From: a bacterium
GTDB taxonomy: Archaea > Thermoplasmatota > E2 > JACPAO01 > JAHFTW01
Assembly (NCBI GenBank): GCA_040390065.1
Contig: JAZJZE010000005.1
Coordinates: 341,170-405,169, forward strand
Direction: 5' to 3'
Length of the DNA stretch: 64,000 nt
Shown here: positions 18,624-29,883 of the stretch, piece after piece
Layout of the letters: every line of letters begins with the position of its first letter
Position numbering within the stretch: the first letter of the stretch is position 1
The notes under the pieces: generated by a model
The model's input: only the letters and a program-made list of their open reading frames with translations
Database searches by the model: none
What the model was told of the DNA's origin: nothing
Made by a program: the position numbers and the translations under genes

Positions 18624-19567
18624 ACACGACGAAAGCGCCTTGCGCCGTCCTGCTCGGACCACGCGGCGCGCCCTTCAAGCTCGAGCAAATGCAAGTGCCC
18701 GACGACCTCACACATGCCGAGGAAGCGTTGGTCGTGCGCCAAATGCGGCAAGACCTCCGGCAAGAGTTGCCAAGCCGTCTTCGGCCGGTCGAGGTGCTCG
18801 AGGATCTTGCGGCCGCGCTTCTCGTGTTTGGCGAGGTGGACGTCGAGAAGAGAGTCGGTCAAGGTGAACGGTTCATGGTGGCCCGGCAAGACGTCGCAGC
18901 CGACGAATGCCCGAAGACTGCGCAGCGTCCGGAGATACTGCCCATAGCGGCCGCGGTCGGCATCGAGGAGTTCGATGGCGTTCGACGTGATGTGTTCCAG
19001 CAGCGTGTCTCCCGAGAGCAATTGGTTGTCGTCGGTGAGGATGACGAGGGATCCGGGTGTGTGGCCGGGGGCGTGGAAGGCGGTGGCCTTCGTTTCGCCG
19101 AGCTGGATGCGCTCGCGCGACCGGACGTCGTGGCCGATCGGGCAGTCCTCCAGAAAGCCGTCCATGGCGGCGCCTTCCAGACGCATGACGGCGACGACAT
19201 CAGGCGGCGCGCCGTGGGCCGTCAGCGCCGTGGCAAAGGCGTCAAGGCGGCGAGGCGCATCCTTGCAGAACGTTTCGACGAAACGCGATTCCTCCTTCGG
19301 AGCCCAAAGCGTGGCTCCGAATTCCCGGCGCAGGCGAGCGGCGTTGCCGGCGTGGTCGACGTGGCCGTGCGTCACGACAAGGTGCAGGCCGTTGGCGTCG
19401 GCGCCCGAATCTCCCAGACCTTCGCGCAGCGCTGCGTACCCGTCGCGGGTTCCGATGCCGCAGTCGACAAGGCCAGTTGCATCTGCGCCGCGACCGGGGA
19501 AGACCCAGGCGTTGGCCGTGCGCAGCGGGAAGGGCAAGGGAATCGTGATGCGCGTCGGCGCCGCCAC
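18620..19567 (-). CDS. MBL-fold metallo-hydrolase
   Basis: PLPFPL..AN, VDCG, THGHVDH, PGHTPG, SGDTLL, LPGH. Confidence 0.88.
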   Translation of the reverse strand: MAAPTRITIPLPFPLRTANAWVFPGRGADATGLVDCGIGTRDGYAALREGLGDSGADANGLHLVVTHGHVDHAGNAARLRREFGATLWAPKEESRFVETFCKDAPRRLDAFATALTAHGAPPDVVAVMRLEGAAMDGFLEDCPIGHDVRSRERIQLGETKATAFHAPGHTPGSLVILTDDNQLLSGDTLLEHITSNAIELLDADRGRYGQYLRTLRSLRAFVGCDVLPGHHEPFTLTDSLLDVHLAKHEKRGRKILEHLDRPKTAWQLLPEVLPHLAHDQRFLGMCEVVGHLHLLELEGRAAWSEQDGARRFRRV

Positions 19568-19649
19568 ATCGGCACCGAACCGGCCGGGGCGGAAAAGCGC
19601 GCCCCTTGGCCGAAAAGGCAAAGGACTGCGCCGGAATGCTAGCCCGTCC

Positions 19650-20405
19650 ATGGACGGGCCACTTCGCCACGTCACGTTCCGCGTCAACCACGATTGCCCC
19701 ATGGCCGCCCTCAGCCGCGAGGTCCCCGCTGCAGACTTCCATTGCTGGAGCGGCCACCGCCTGGAGGTCGTGGAGGTGCGTTGTGCTTCAGCCGTCTGGC
19801 CCCTCGTGGCCCAAGCCGCGAAACGGCACTTGGCGCCCGAACGCATCCTGAGCGTGCCGGAAGGCGGCATCGTCGTGTGGGAGCCCGAGCGTCCGCGAGC
19901 GCATCCCGAGTCGAGCATCAGCCAGACGCTGGAGGCGCACCACGTCCTGTGGATGCAGCCCATGCGCGTGCAAGGTGGCTGGGAGCACTACGACGCCATC
20001 TCGTTTGCCTCTGGCGGCGACCAAGCGGCCCTCACTGCGCTGTCCAAGTCGTGGCCCACACAGGTCGTCCGCCGCCGCGACGTCGGTGCCGAAGACGTGC
20101 TGGCCTCGCTGTTCCTGTCGTTGCGGCCCGCCCTCGACGCACCCACGGACAAGCAGGCAGAAGCCCTCCTGGCGGCCAGCGCAGGCGGGTACTACCGCTC
20201 GCCGCGCAATGCCACGACGGCGCAACTCGCCCGGCGACTCGGCATCGGTCGAAGCGCGTTCGAGGAGCGCCTACGCGGCGGGGAGAACCGCGTCCTGGGA
20301 GCCGTCCTGCCGGCCTTGGAGCAGCAGCGCGCCTTGCATCCGGGGCCGAAGCGGAGAAAAGGCCGGCACACGTCGGCACACCGTGGACTTCAGCCTCAGC
20401 GATGA
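19650..20405 (+). CDS. Bacterio-opsin-activator-type (HTH_10) transcriptional regulator
   Basis: C-terminal [10 protein letters not shown]...[31 protein letters not shown]; N-terminal HDCP. Confidence 0.82.
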   Translation: MDGPLRHVTFRVNHDCPMAALSREVPAADFHCWSGHRLEVVEVRCASAVWPLVAQAAKRHLAPERILSVPEGGIVVWEPERPRAHPESSISQTLEAHHVLWMQPMRVQGGWEHYDAISFASGGDQAALTALSKSWPTQVVRRRDVGAEDVLASLFLSLRPALDAPTDKQAEALLAASAGGYYRSPRNATTAQLARRLGIGRSAFEERLRGGENRVLGAVLPALEQQRALHPGPKRRKGRHTSAHRGLQPQR

Positions 20406-21522
20406 CGAGGCGCTGATTCGCAAGACCGTGCGAGAGCTTGCCCGCGGCCCTATTGCCTCGCGGGCTGCCGCCCTGGACCGTACAGGCACGTTCCCATCGG
20501 AGGCCATGCACGAACTGGCTGGGCTCGGCACGCTCGGTGCACAGATTCCGTCCGAATACGGCGGCTCGCCGGTCTCCAAGGTCGCGTACAACCTCATCCT
20601 CGAGGAGCTCGCCTGGGCCTGTGCGTCGACCAGTGTCACGTGGGGCGTGCACACGAGCGTTGCCGCCACGCCCATCGTGCAATGGGGTTCGCCCGCAATC
20701 AAGGAACGCTTCCTGCCGCGCCTGGCCTCTGGCGAGTGGATCGGATGCTTCGCCCTGACCGAGCCCGGCGCCGGATCAGACGTGGCGGCCATCACGACGA
20801 CGGCGATTCGCGAGCGCGACGATTACCGTATCAACGGCTCGAAGGTCTTCATCACCAACGGCAACCAGGCCGGCAGCGCCATCGTCGCCGCGAAGACGGA
20901 CCCCGCCGCCGGCCACCGGGGGATCAGCCTGTTTGCCGTGGAGACTTCCTGGAACGGGTTCGGACGGGATGGCCACGAAGACAAGCTCGGCCTCCGCGGC
21001 AGCGACACGGCCCGCCTCAGTTTCACGGACCTGATGGTGCCGAAAGAGAACCTTCTCGGTTCCCCCGGCGACGGCTTCAAGCAGCTCATGCACACTCTCA
21101 ACGGGTCGCGCATCGGCATCGCCGCGCAGGCTGTGGGCATCGCCCAGCGGGCCTTCGACGAAGCGACCTCCTACGCGAAGGAGCGGCGCCAATTCGGCAA
21201 GCCCATCGCTACGAACCAGGCAATCCAATGGAAACTTGCCGACATGGACGTGCGCATCGAAGCGGCGCGGCTCCTCGTCCTGCAAGCCGCGTCAGCGCTC
21301 GATATGGGCGACGTTCCGCCTGCCATGGCGTCGCGGGCCAAGCTGTTTGCCAGCGAGACGGCGACTTGGGTGACGCGTGAAGCCGTGCAGGTCCATGGCG
21401 GCAACGGGTACACCACCGACTACGTCGTGGAGCGCCTGATGCGTGACGCCAAGGTCACGGAAATCTACGAAGGCACGAGCGAAATCCAGAGGATGCTCAT
21501 CGCGCGCAGCCTGCTTGCGTAG
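20383..21522 (+). CDS. Acyl-CoA dehydrogenase
   Basis: [57 protein letters not shown]. Confidence 0.94.
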   Translation: MDFSLSDDEALIRKTVRELARGPIASRAAALDRTGTFPSEAMHELAGLGTLGAQIPSEYGGSPVSKVAYNLILEELAWACASTSVTWGVHTSVAATPIVQWGSPAIKERFLPRLASGEWIGCFALTEPGAGSDVAAITTTAIRERDDYRINGSKVFITNGNQAGSAIVAAKTDPAAGHRGISLFAVETSWNGFGRDGHEDKLGLRGSDTARLSFTDLMVPKENLLGSPGDGFKQLMHTLNGSRIGIAAQAVGIAQRAFDEATSYAKERRQFGKPIATNQAIQWKLADMDVRIEAARLLVLQAASALDMGDVPPAMASRAKLFASETATWVTREAVQVHGGNGYTTDYVVERLMRDAKVTEIYEGTSEIQRMLIARSLLA

Positions 21523-21579
21523 CGGCGCCATGCTTGTCCCGCAAGGCTTACGGCTGCCCGGGGACGAATCGTTGGCACC

Positions 21580-22500
21580 ATGGTTGCCGAGGATTTGTAC
21601 GAAAGCGAGGAGAGCATCGCAAGCGAGCCGGCGGAGTTCCAGGACGAACCCCTTGCCGGCGATTGGCGGGCGCGCACCGAGTCGGCCCACGGGACTGCCA
21701 CGAGCGCGCGCCGCATCAATCCTCATCGACCACGCAACCGCTCGTATGCATGGATGGGCGCGGTCGTGCTCGTATGCTTGGCCGCTGCCGTCCTCATGGG
21801 ATTCGCCGGAATACCGGGGCCGGGCATCTTCCACCAAGACGTCGCGTGGGTCATCGGCGTCTGCCTCCTGGCCCTCGCCGTGGGGCTTCTCTACGTCTTG
21901 TTCACCATCCGCGTCGCCATGCGGCACTTGCGCGAGCAGGCCCTCATCCTCGCCCGCGTGGAGCGCGAACGCACGGACGCCTGGGAGTGGACGTACCCCT
22001 CCCCCACGCCGGCGCCGGCACCGGCCGGCCAATCGGCACCGCCCATTCCCAACGTGACGCGTTACAGCCGCCCCGTCGTGGTCGTCGAAGGCATTGGCCC
22101 GACGTACAGCAGGCGCCTCCGAAGGATTGGGGTCACGACGCTCGACGACCTGCGCCGCGCCGACCCAACCGCCGTCGAGGACGCAGTCCAGGCCCGCACC
22201 CCGGTGGCCCGAGATTGGAAGGCCATGGCCGACCTCATGATCCTGGATGGCGTGCATGCCCAGGCAGCCGAGCTTCTCGTGCGCGCAGGCTGCACTTCCC
22301 TCGACGACCTTGCGACGCGCGACCCGGCGGAGTTGCACCGCACGTTGCGGCGCATCAACGAGGCGAACGCCGTACGCATCCATCCTGCGACGCTGCACGT
22401 GAAGGATGTCGAGCGGTGGGTCAACGCGGCGCGCCGCAACGAGAGACGCGACCTCGCATTCCAGAACCCGGACTGGAGCTCGTCCCCCGTCCCGATGTGA
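21580..22500 (+). CDS. Membrane protein with C-terminal DUF4332-like helix-hairpin-helix domain
   Basis: Two TM helices, then VEGIGPTYSRRLRRIGV and WKAMADLMILDGV..QAAELL. Confidence 0.75.
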   Translation: MVAEDLYESEESIASEPAEFQDEPLAGDWRARTESAHGTATSARRINPHRPRNRSYAWMGAVVLVCLAAAVLMGFAGIPGPGIFHQDVAWVIGVCLLALAVGLLYVLFTIRVAMRHLREQALILARVERERTDAWEWTYPSPTPAPAPAGQSAPPIPNVTRYSRPVVVVEGIGPTYSRRLRRIGVTTLDDLRRADPTAVEDAVQARTPVARDWKAMADLMILDGVHAQAAELLVRAGCTSLDDLATRDPAELHRTLRRINEANAVRIHPATLHVKDVERWVNAARRNERRDLAFQNPDWSSSPVPM

Positions 22501-22507
22501 TGTCCGC

Positions 22508-23893
22508 TTAGCGGGGAGGAGTTGGCGGTCGGCGCGTCGCCGGAGGTTTGCTGGCGGGCCGAACACCCGGGGGCCCAGCCGGCGGTGGCGGAATCCGGCC
22601 GAGCGGCCGGGCTGGAGGCGGTGCGCGCGGCGGTCCCGAAGGTCGGGGCGGTGGTCGGGGGGGCGGCGCCCAGGCGGCCGGCCATGGCGGACCCGGGGGA
22701 GGCGCACGCACGGGAGGGGCATACGCGCGCGGCGGGAGCGATGTCTGGTACGATGGAGGATATCCGGGCGGCAGCGGCATCCAGTAGTATCCTCCGGGGG
22801 ATTGCGGCGGCAACGCCGGCGGATAGAACGGGTGCACCGGGGCCTTGGCGCCGCCGCGGAAGATGAATATGGCCGCCACGCCGAGGCAGGCGAGGAGGCC
22901 CGCGATGCCGAGGACGATGCTGAGCAACCACGGGAAGGAGCTGCGCGTTCCCTGGACTTTGTAGGCTTGCGTCTCGACGGGGTTGCTCACGCCGCTGCGG
23001 GTCGCGGCGGACGCGCCGGTGTTTGGCGGGCGTACCACGGCGGCCGTCGACCCGCGAGTGGCGACGACGCATGGCGGGTAGAGCGTGTTGATGGCGGCGC
23101 GGTCGTCGGCGGATGGCGCGGGGCTGAAGTGTCCAAGGAACTCGTAGTTCATGACCGAATCCGCGTTGGCGGACGTATATCTCACGCCCGCCGCGGGAGA
23201 CAAGCAGTCGGGCTCGGCGCCGGCGGTCATGCGCTGCTCCTCGAACGGGTGGGCCAGGCCGAGGGCGTGGCCGAGTTCATGCGTCAACACCGACTTCAAT
23301 TCGGACAGCGACCAGCAGCCCGCCACCGTGGTCGTCGTGCAGCTGGTGCGGGCATAGACGAGCATGTCGCCGCGCCAGAACCGCCCTGAGGTGGCCTGCG
23401 TCCCGTTGGTGAAGGCGACCGTGGTGCCGTCGCGGTAGAGCATCTGCGTGACGGCCCCGACGCCCTGCCCCGTCGTCGAGGTCGATCCGGGGACGGCGAA
23501 GATGTCGAGTTCGGAGCCAGAGCCGACGCCGAATGGCCCGGACGAGTCGCGCGTCGCGTCGACGTCCGTCGAGACGTCCGTGAAGCGGATGCGGGGGTTC
23601 ACTTCCTCCCACGCGGCCATCGCGCCGTACAGGGCGGCAATCAGGTCCGAGCAACCGACGGAGGCGACGAAACCCTTGGCGAGGATCGTGCAGAAGTCTG
23701 GGTCGACGCTGAACTCGATGCCGCCGCCAAGTCCAGGGTCGCCGCCGCTGCGCATGGACGACTCGGTCGCCGCCCAGCGCTGCGCCTGCCAGGCCGCGTG
23801 TGGCGCACTCTGATCGGTGTCGGCAAAGAGCGCGAAGCCCTGCGCCGGCGGGGCCACGAGCAAGGCGCACAACGCCACGAGCCACCACCGCAT
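22508..23893 (-). CDS. Membrane-anchored matrixin-like (metzincin) zinc metalloprotease with Pro-rich tail
   Basis: Signal peptide, [16 protein letters not shown] Met-turn, C-terminal TM helix, poly-Pro tail. Confidence 0.82.
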   Translation of the reverse strand: MRWWLVALCALLVAPPAQGFALFADTDQSAPHAAWQAQRWAATESSMRSGGDPGLGGGIEFSVDPDFCTILAKGFVASVGCSDLIAALYGAMAAWEEVNPRIRFTDVSTDVDATRDSSGPFGVGSGSELDIFAVPGSTSTTGQGVGAVTQMLYRDGTTVAFTNGTQATSGRFWRGDMLVYARTSCTTTTVAGCWSLSELKSVLTHELGHALGLAHPFEEQRMTAGAEPDCLSPAAGVRYTSANADSVMNYEFLGHFSPAPSADDRAAINTLYPPCVVATRGSTAAVVRPPNTGASAATRSGVSNPVETQAYKVQGTRSSFPWLLSIVLGIAGLLACLGVAAIFIFRGGAKAPVHPFYPPALPPQSPGGYYWMPLPPGYPPSYQTSLPPRAYAPPVRAPPPGPPWPAAWAPPPRPPPRPSGPPRAPPPARPLGRIPPPPAGPPGVRPASKPPATRRPPTPPR

Positions 23894-24019
23894 CGCAGGT
23901 TCACCTCCGGTCGCCACAATAAGGGTTTGGCCCGGGGAGGCGGGGGAATGGCCGCGCCTGGCCGCCCCTGTCGCCACGGCTTTCAAATAGGCCCGTCCAT
24001 GGGCCGCATAGGGATTGCA

Positions 24020-26293
24020 TTGGCGACCGCCATCGAGTCCACGCCCGCCTTCGTCAAGTCCACGTATGACGCCATGTCGAAGCGCCTTGCCATTGTGCGC
24101 AAGCGCCTCGGCCGTCCGTTGACCCTCGCGGAAAAACTCGTGTACTCGCACCTGGACGACCCGGCGAAGGCGGAGCTCGTGCGTGGCAAGTCATACCTCG
24201 ACTTGCGGCCCGACCGCGTCACCATGCAGGACGCGACGGCGCAGATGGCCATCCTGCAGTTCCTGACGACGGGCAAGACGCAGACGGCGGTGCCGACGAC
24301 GGTGCACTGCGACCACCTGATTGCGGCCCAGGTCGGGGCCAAGGCCGACCTGCACGAGGCGACGACGGCGAACAAGGAGGTCTACGATTTCCTGCGTACG
24401 GCGTGCCAGCGCTGCGGCATGGGATTCTGGAAACCTGGCGCCGGCATCATCCACCAAGTCGTGCTCGAGCAGTACGCCTTCCCGGGCCAGATGGTCATCG
24501 GCACGGACTCGCACACTCCAAACGGCGGCGGACTCGGGATGTTCGCCTCCGGCGTGGGCGGCGCGGACGCGGTCGACGTCATGGCGGGTTTCCCGTGGGA
24601 AGTGTTGCATCCGACGGTCATCGGCGTTCACCTCAAAGGCAAGATGTCCGGCTGGACGGCGCCCAAGGACGTCATCCTCAAGCTCTGCGGCATCCTCACG
24701 GTGAAGGGCGGAACGAACGCCGTCATCGAGTACTTCGGCGACGGCTGCGCGAGCATCTCCGCGACTGGCAAGGCCACGATCACGAACATGGGGGCGGAAC
24801 TCGGTGCCACGACGTCGGTCTTCCCGCATGACGAACGCATGAACATCTATCTGCGCGCAACCGGGCGAAGCGAACTCGCGATGCTGGCGGACGCGGCGCA
24901 CAAGGAACTGCTGACGGCCGACGCCGAAGTCGCCGCAGACCCGAAGAACTTCTACGACCAAGTCGTCGAGATCGACCTCACGACCCTGGAGCCGCATCTC
25001 GTCGGCCCGCACACGCCGGACCTGGCGCGGCCCGTCTCGGAGGTCGCGAAGGCCGTGGCGACGGAGCATTACCCTGACCACATTTCCGTGACCCTGGTCG
25101 GTTCATGCACGAATTCGTCGTACGAGGACATGGAGCGCACGGCGGACATCGCGGCCCAGGCGTCGGCGCACGGGCTGAAGGTCGTGACCCCGCTCCTCGT
25201 CACACCCGGCTCTGAACAGGTGCATCTCACGATCCAGCGCGACGGCCAGATGGCAACACTCCAGAAAGTCGGCGCCACGGTCCTCGCCAACGCGTGCGGT
25301 CCATGCATCGGGCAATGGAACCGCCCCGAGTCCGAGACGAAGAAGGAGAACACCATCGTCACGTCGTACAACCGCAACTTCCCCAAGCGCAACGACGGTT
25401 CCGCCAAGACGCTCGCATTCATGGGCAGCCCCGAGATTGTCATCGCCTACGGTCTTGCGGGACGGCTCTCGTTCAACCCGATGAAGGACGAACTCACCGG
25501 CAGCGACGGCAAGAAGTTCCGACTCGTCGCACCGAAGCAGGCGCCCGAGGTCCCCGCGAAGGGCTTCGTCGCCGACCCGTCCGGCTACGTTGCGCCGCCG
25601 TCGGGCAAACCCGTCGAGGTCACCGTCGACCCCAAGTCGGACCGCCTGCAGCTGCTTGCGCCCTTTGGCGCATGGGATGGAAAGGACTTCACCGACCTGC
25701 CGCTTCTCCTCAAGGCCAAGGGCAAGTGCACGACGGACCACATCAGCCAAGCCGGCGTGTGGCTCAAGTTCCGCGGCCACCTCGACAACATCTCGAACAA
25801 CTGCTTCCTCGGAGCCATCAACGCCTTCACCGGCTCCGCCGGCGGCGGCAAGGACCAACTCGACGGCAAGACGAAACTGTTCCCCGAACTCGCCCGCAAC
25901 TACCAGAAGGCCGGCCTGCGCTGGATCGTCGTCGGCGACGAGAACTACGGCGAAGGCAGCAGCCGTGAGCACGCCGCCATGGAGCCGAGGCACCTCGGCG
26001 CGGCCGCCGTGATTGCCCGCAGCTTCGCCCGCATCCACGAGACCAACTTGAAGAAACAGGGCCTCCTTCCTCTGACGTTCGCGGACCCGAAGGACTACGA
26101 CAAGGTCCAGCAGGACGACCGCATCAGCATCACGGGATTGGCCGCGATGGCGCCGGCCAAGCCGCTCACGGTCATCCTCAAGCACGCCAACGGCAAGAGC
26201 GAGGCGATCCAAGTGCGGCACACGTTTTCCAAGGACCAGATTGAATGGTTCCGCGCGGGGTCGGCACTCAATCTGTTGCGGAGCAAGAAATGA
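24020..26293 (+). CDS. acnA: Aconitate hydratase, mitochondrial-type (start TTG 24020 or ATG 23999)
   Basis: [60 protein letters not shown]. Confidence 0.94.
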   Translation: MATAIESTPAFVKSTYDAMSKRLAIVRKRLGRPLTLAEKLVYSHLDDPAKAELVRGKSYLDLRPDRVTMQDATAQMAILQFLTTGKTQTAVPTTVHCDHLIAAQVGAKADLHEATTANKEVYDFLRTACQRCGMGFWKPGAGIIHQVVLEQYAFPGQMVIGTDSHTPNGGGLGMFASGVGGADAVDVMAGFPWEVLHPTVIGVHLKGKMSGWTAPKDVILKLCGILTVKGGTNAVIEYFGDGCASISATGKATITNMGAELGATTSVFPHDERMNIYLRATGRSELAMLADAAHKELLTADAEVAADPKNFYDQVVEIDLTTLEPHLVGPHTPDLARPVSEVAKAVATEHYPDHISVTLVGSCTNSSYEDMERTADIAAQASAHGLKVVTPLLVTPGSEQVHLTIQRDGQMATLQKVGATVLANACGPCIGQWNRPESETKKENTIVTSYNRNFPKRNDGSAKTLAFMGSPEIVIAYGLAGRLSFNPMKDELTGSDGKKFRLVAPKQAPEVPAKGFVADPSGYVAPPSGKPVEVTVDPKSDRLQLLAPFGAWDGKDFTDLPLLLKAKGKCTTDHISQAGVWLKFRGHLDNISNNCFLGAINAFTGSAGGGKDQLDGKTKLFPELARNYQKAGLRWIVVGDENYGEGSSREHAAMEPRHLGAAAVIARSFARIHETNLKKQGLLPLTFADPKDYDKVQQDDRISITGLAAMAPAKPLTVILKHANGKSEAIQVRHTFSKDQIEWFRAGSALNLLRSKK

Positions 26294-27312
26294 GTACGGG
26301 TTTTCGCCACGCCCTTTGGGTGGCCGGCCTTGTGATTGCGGGCTGCCTTGGACCCGGCCACCCGATTCCATCACCAATTGCCCCGGCCGATTCCGCGCAC
26401 TTCGACGGCCACGGATTGGTCTCCGTGGGACCCGACGGTGCCACCATCCGTTTCAATGGCACTGGCGTCGCCTACGTCCAGCTCGAGGCCGCCGCGGGCG
26501 ACCAGGACGTGCGGCTGATCCACGAACTCTATGCGCCCACCGGCCTGCTTGATGAGACCACCGTCAACTCCGGCCAGGCCAATGGAACCTGGCCTTACTT
26601 TGGTTCGAACGCCACCATTCTCTTCGTCAGCGACCAGCAGGGAAAACCTGGTGTCGTGCCAATCTATGGCTTCTACCGTCACATCAAGGCAAATGCCATT
26701 TTCCTTCCAGAGGACCGCGACTTTCCAATCGACCGCCGAAATGTCGGCTATTACTACGGTGATGGCGTCTGGCACACAGACTTGCTTGGCAAGTCCATCA
26801 TCTTCGCCACGACCGTCCCAGGTTGGTCGGTGAGGATTGGAAACGGTGCCGCGCACGTCGACATCACCCCGTCGCCCTTGCCCCTCACCATCGCCCGACA
26901 GCGCTGGAGCACGACGCCGCAAGCGGACGAGCCGGTCACGGCCGTCGCCAACTACGAGTGGAGGGTACCCGTTCCCTCAGCGGACCCGGCCTATGCCGTG
27001 TGGACGGCCAGGGCGACGACGGACAATTGCCACTTGCAGGACTATCAGTGGCGTAGCTCCATCGGCGCTCCCGGCGAGCAGCCGTCCGATCCGTATTTCG
27101 AATACAGCGGCTATAGCTGTGAGCACGCCGGAATGGGTCCCCGGGGGTACGCCGATCATCTCGACTACCCGGGGACCAATGGCATGCCCGGAGCCAGTTC
27201 GCAGGGTGCCAAGGAACTGTATGTGAATGTCAAGGTTCCGTACTCTGTTGGGGACTTCGAGTGGCGAGCGAGCGCCGCCATCTTCCCGTGGCCTGCGGAC
27301 TTTCCCGAGTAG
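26290..27312 (+). CDS. Hypothetical secreted/lipoprotein
   Basis: ATGA overlap with aconitase stop; IAGC lipobox-like signal; beta-rich sequence. Confidence 0.65.
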   Translation: MSTGFRHALWVAGLVIAGCLGPGHPIPSPIAPADSAHFDGHGLVSVGPDGATIRFNGTGVAYVQLEAAAGDQDVRLIHELYAPTGLLDETTVNSGQANGTWPYFGSNATILFVSDQQGKPGVVPIYGFYRHIKANAIFLPEDRDFPIDRRNVGYYYGDGVWHTDLLGKSIIFATTVPGWSVRIGNGAAHVDITPSPLPLTIARQRWSTTPQADEPVTAVANYEWRVPVPSADPAYAVWTARATTDNCHLQDYQWRSSIGAPGEQPSDPYFEYSGYSCEHAGMGPRGYADHLDYPGTNGMPGASSQGAKELYVNVKVPYSVGDFEWRASAAIFPWPADFPE

Positions 27313-27403
27313 GCCCGGGTGGCGCGACGGTGGCGAAGGTCGACCTTGAGACTTCCACAACCTGACTAGGTTCCTTAAACCCGTCCGGGACTGCCTATCC
27401 ACC

Positions 27404-28249
27404 ATGAATCGGATAGTCTTGGCGTCGCTCGTCATCCTGGTCGCCGCAACCCTGGCAGGATGCAGCGGCAAGTCGGCGCCGACGCACGACGACGTCATCC
27501 GCTCCATTCCCAGTGGCGACGAAGTCGTCGTGCCCGACCCCGTGATTTCCGGGTCCGGCCGCGGCAGCCTCCTCGGCCTCGTCACGAACCCCGCCAACGT
27601 CGCCGTGCAGGGGGCCTCCGTCGAACTGGGCGGCACGGACATCTTCGACATCACGGCCAAGAATGGCACGTTCTTCCTCCAGGACGTCCCCGAAGGCACG
27701 TATGGAATCATCGCCCGCGCCGACGGCTACGCACCCGCAACGGGGACCGTCATCATCCGTGCCGACACGACGCAGCACACGTGGGTGCAACTGGCCCTGG
27801 CGCCGCCGCCTCCGCCCTTTCACAAGACGCTGTTCTACAACGGCACCATCACCGTGACGACGGATCCGATGACCGGGTTTAGCGACTTCAGTTGCGCCGG
27901 CTGCTACGCGAGCCTCCCCGTCGGCAAGGGCGTGAAGACCATCGTCCTCGAATTCACCATGAACAAGGACGGCATCATCCCCGTGCAGCCGTTCCCGGAC
28001 CCGCTGGACCTTGCTAACCGCAGCGTCTACTGGCGCGTCTACAACGGCCAGACGACGGCATGGAGCGGCTCCGGCCCGAACCCCCTGCTGGAGCGAACGA
28101 GCGCCGTCAAGACCGGAAACTACACGCTCAACATCGACCCGACCACGTACCCGTTCCCGGAGACCAGCAAGACGTTCACCATCTACGTCACCATCTTCTA
28201 TTGGACGCCGGCACCGACCATCTGGTCTTACCTGCAGGGCGACCGTTAG
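27404..28249 (+). CDS. Lipoprotein with carboxypeptidase-regulatory-like Ig domain
   Basis: LAGC signal; G.V.....AVQGASV, T.KNGTF, VPEGTY...ARADGY pattern; CTTAAA box at 27374-27379. Confidence 0.75.
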   Translation: MNRIVLASLVILVAATLAGCSGKSAPTHDDVIRSIPSGDEVVVPDPVISGSGRGSLLGLVTNPANVAVQGASVELGGTDIFDITAKNGTFFLQDVPEGTYGIIARADGYAPATGTVIIRADTTQHTWVQLALAPPPPPFHKTLFYNGTITVTTDPMTGFSDFSCAGCYASLPVGKGVKTIVLEFTMNKDGIIPVQPFPDPLDLANRSVYWRVYNGQTTAWSGSGPNPLLERTSAVKTGNYTLNIDPTTYPFPETSKTFTIYVTIFYWTPAPTIWSYLQGDR

Positions 28250-28296
28250 CGGCGGCGACCGTCCCGCTTTTCTGCCGGACCCGTGTCGAGGTCGCC

Positions 28297-29166
28297 ATGG
28301 ACCCTTCACCGCCCTCCCCCGCCGCCCCCATGGCTCGTCCCGGTTTGCCGGGCGCCGTGCCCACGGGCCTGCGCATCGTCGCCTTCGACTTGGAGACCAC
28401 GGGCCTCGACGGCGAGAAGGCGCGCATCGTGGAATTCTGCTTCATCGAGCTCGATGCGGGGCTGGCCGAGATGGGGCGCTGGAGCGAACTCGTCAACCCA
28501 GGCATGCCGATTCCGGAGGAAACCGTGAAGGTGCACGGCATCACGGATGCCATGGTCGCAAGCCGGCCGGCATTTGCCGCCTTTGCCTCGCGCGTGCAGG
28601 CACTCGTGCAGGACGCCGTCCTCGTCGCGCACAACCACAAGTTCGACCTCGAGATCCTGAGTCGTGAGTTGGCCCGCGCCGGCCAGCGCGCCCTCGCCCC
28701 CAACCACCCGTGCATCGACACGCATCAGATCGAGTCCTACGTCAACTCGCACAGTCTCGCGGCGACCTACGAACGCTACGTCGGAACCCCCTTCGACGGC
28801 GCGCACCGCAGCGAGGCGGACACCGCGGCGTGCGTCGAGGTGCTGCGCCGCCAACGCAAGGCCCACGCCGACAAACTACCAGAGGACCTCGACGGCCTCC
28901 TGGTTGCCCACCTCGACCGCCGCCGGAACCCGGAGCGCGCGGAGCGCAACTGGCTGGACCACGGCCGGCGCTTCTACGCGGACGGCCAGGGCATCGTGCA
29001 CTTCAACTTCGGGCCGCACAAGAACCACGCCATCTTCGAGTCGCAAGAAACCCGGTCGTTCATGGACTGGATGCTGCGCCGCGACTTCCCCGAGGACGTC
29101 AAGGCCCTCGTGCGGACGTGGCTCGCCAACCCACCCAAGACGCCGGCGACGGTGAAGCCGCAATGA
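28297..29166 (+). CDS. DEDDh 3'-5' exonuclease (DnaQ-like)
   Basis: AFDLETTG, VHGIT, VAHNHKFD, IDT, AHRSEADT. Confidence 0.9.
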   Translation: MDPSPPSPAAPMARPGLPGAVPTGLRIVAFDLETTGLDGEKARIVEFCFIELDAGLAEMGRWSELVNPGMPIPEETVKVHGITDAMVASRPAFAAFASRVQALVQDAVLVAHNHKFDLEILSRELARAGQRALAPNHPCIDTHQIESYVNSHSLAATYERYVGTPFDGAHRSEADTAACVEVLRRQRKAHADKLPEDLDGLLVAHLDRRRNPERAERNWLDHGRRFYADGQGIVHFNFGPHKNHAIFESQETRSFMDWMLRRDFPEDVKALVRTWLANPPKTPATVKPQ

Positions 29167-29251
29167 AGGTCCTCCCAGCCGGGCCCTTGCGGGCCCTCCC
29201 GTCCGCTGAGGCTAAGGCCCTTCACGCTACTGTGGTCGCGTGAAGGTCCTC
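29164..29251 (+). repeat. TGAAGGTCCTC direct repeat with internal antisense copy; also encodes a 26-codon mini-ORF (29163-29243)
   Basis: Repeat at 29164-29174 and 29241-29251; AGGCCCTTCACGC (29215-29227) pairs with GCGTGAAGGTCCT (29238-29250). Confidence 0.7.
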
Positions 29252-29854
29252 TGCGTAGGCCGCAACTACGCCAAACACGTGCGCGAAATGGGCCAGGCTC
29301 CGCCCGCCTCGCCCATCTGGTTCTGGAAGCCGGAATCGGCCGTGATTGGCGACGGCGATGCCATCCTCCTGCCCGCCGGAATCGGAGCCGTCCACCACGA
29401 GGTCGAACTCGCCTTGCGGATCGGGCGGACGCTGCGCAAGGCGTCTGCGGCAGAAGCAGAGCGCGCCATCGACGCCTTCACCGTGGCCAACGACGTGACC
29501 GCCCGGGACCTGCAGGAAGCGGCAAAGAAGGCAGGCACGCCATGGGCGCAGGCGAAGGGCTACGATACCTTCCTGCCGCTCGGGGAATGGGTGGCCCCGA
29601 CGGGGCATGACCTGTCGCGGCTCGAGTTGCGCCTCACGGTCGACGGAGCAATGCGACAACAGGGAACCACCAAGGACATGACGTGGCCCGCCGCCGACCT
29701 GCTTGCGCACGCCTCGACCTGGACCACCCTCCAGCCTGGCGATGTCCTCCTCACGGGCACACCGGAAGGAGTCGGACCGATGGCGCCCGGCCAGACCGTG
29801 GAAGCCCAAATCGTGGGTGTCGCCCGCGTGCGCAACCCGGTACGCGCCGGGTAG
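29240..29854 (+). CDS. Fumarylacetoacetate hydrolase family protein
   Basis: CVGRNYAKH, HHEVELA, NDVTARDLQ, AKGYDTF, PGDVLLTGTPEGVG. Confidence 0.92.
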   Translation: MKVLCVGRNYAKHVREMGQAPPASPIWFWKPESAVIGDGDAILLPAGIGAVHHEVELALRIGRTLRKASAAEAERAIDAFTVANDVTARDLQEAAKKAGTPWAQAKGYDTFLPLGEWVAPTGHDLSRLELRLTVDGAMRQQGTTKDMTWPAADLLAHASTWTTLQPGDVLLTGTPEGVGPMAPGQTVEAQIVGVARVRNPVRAG

Positions 29855-29883
29855 CCTTTTTCACGGCAGCCCCTCCCCGACGC

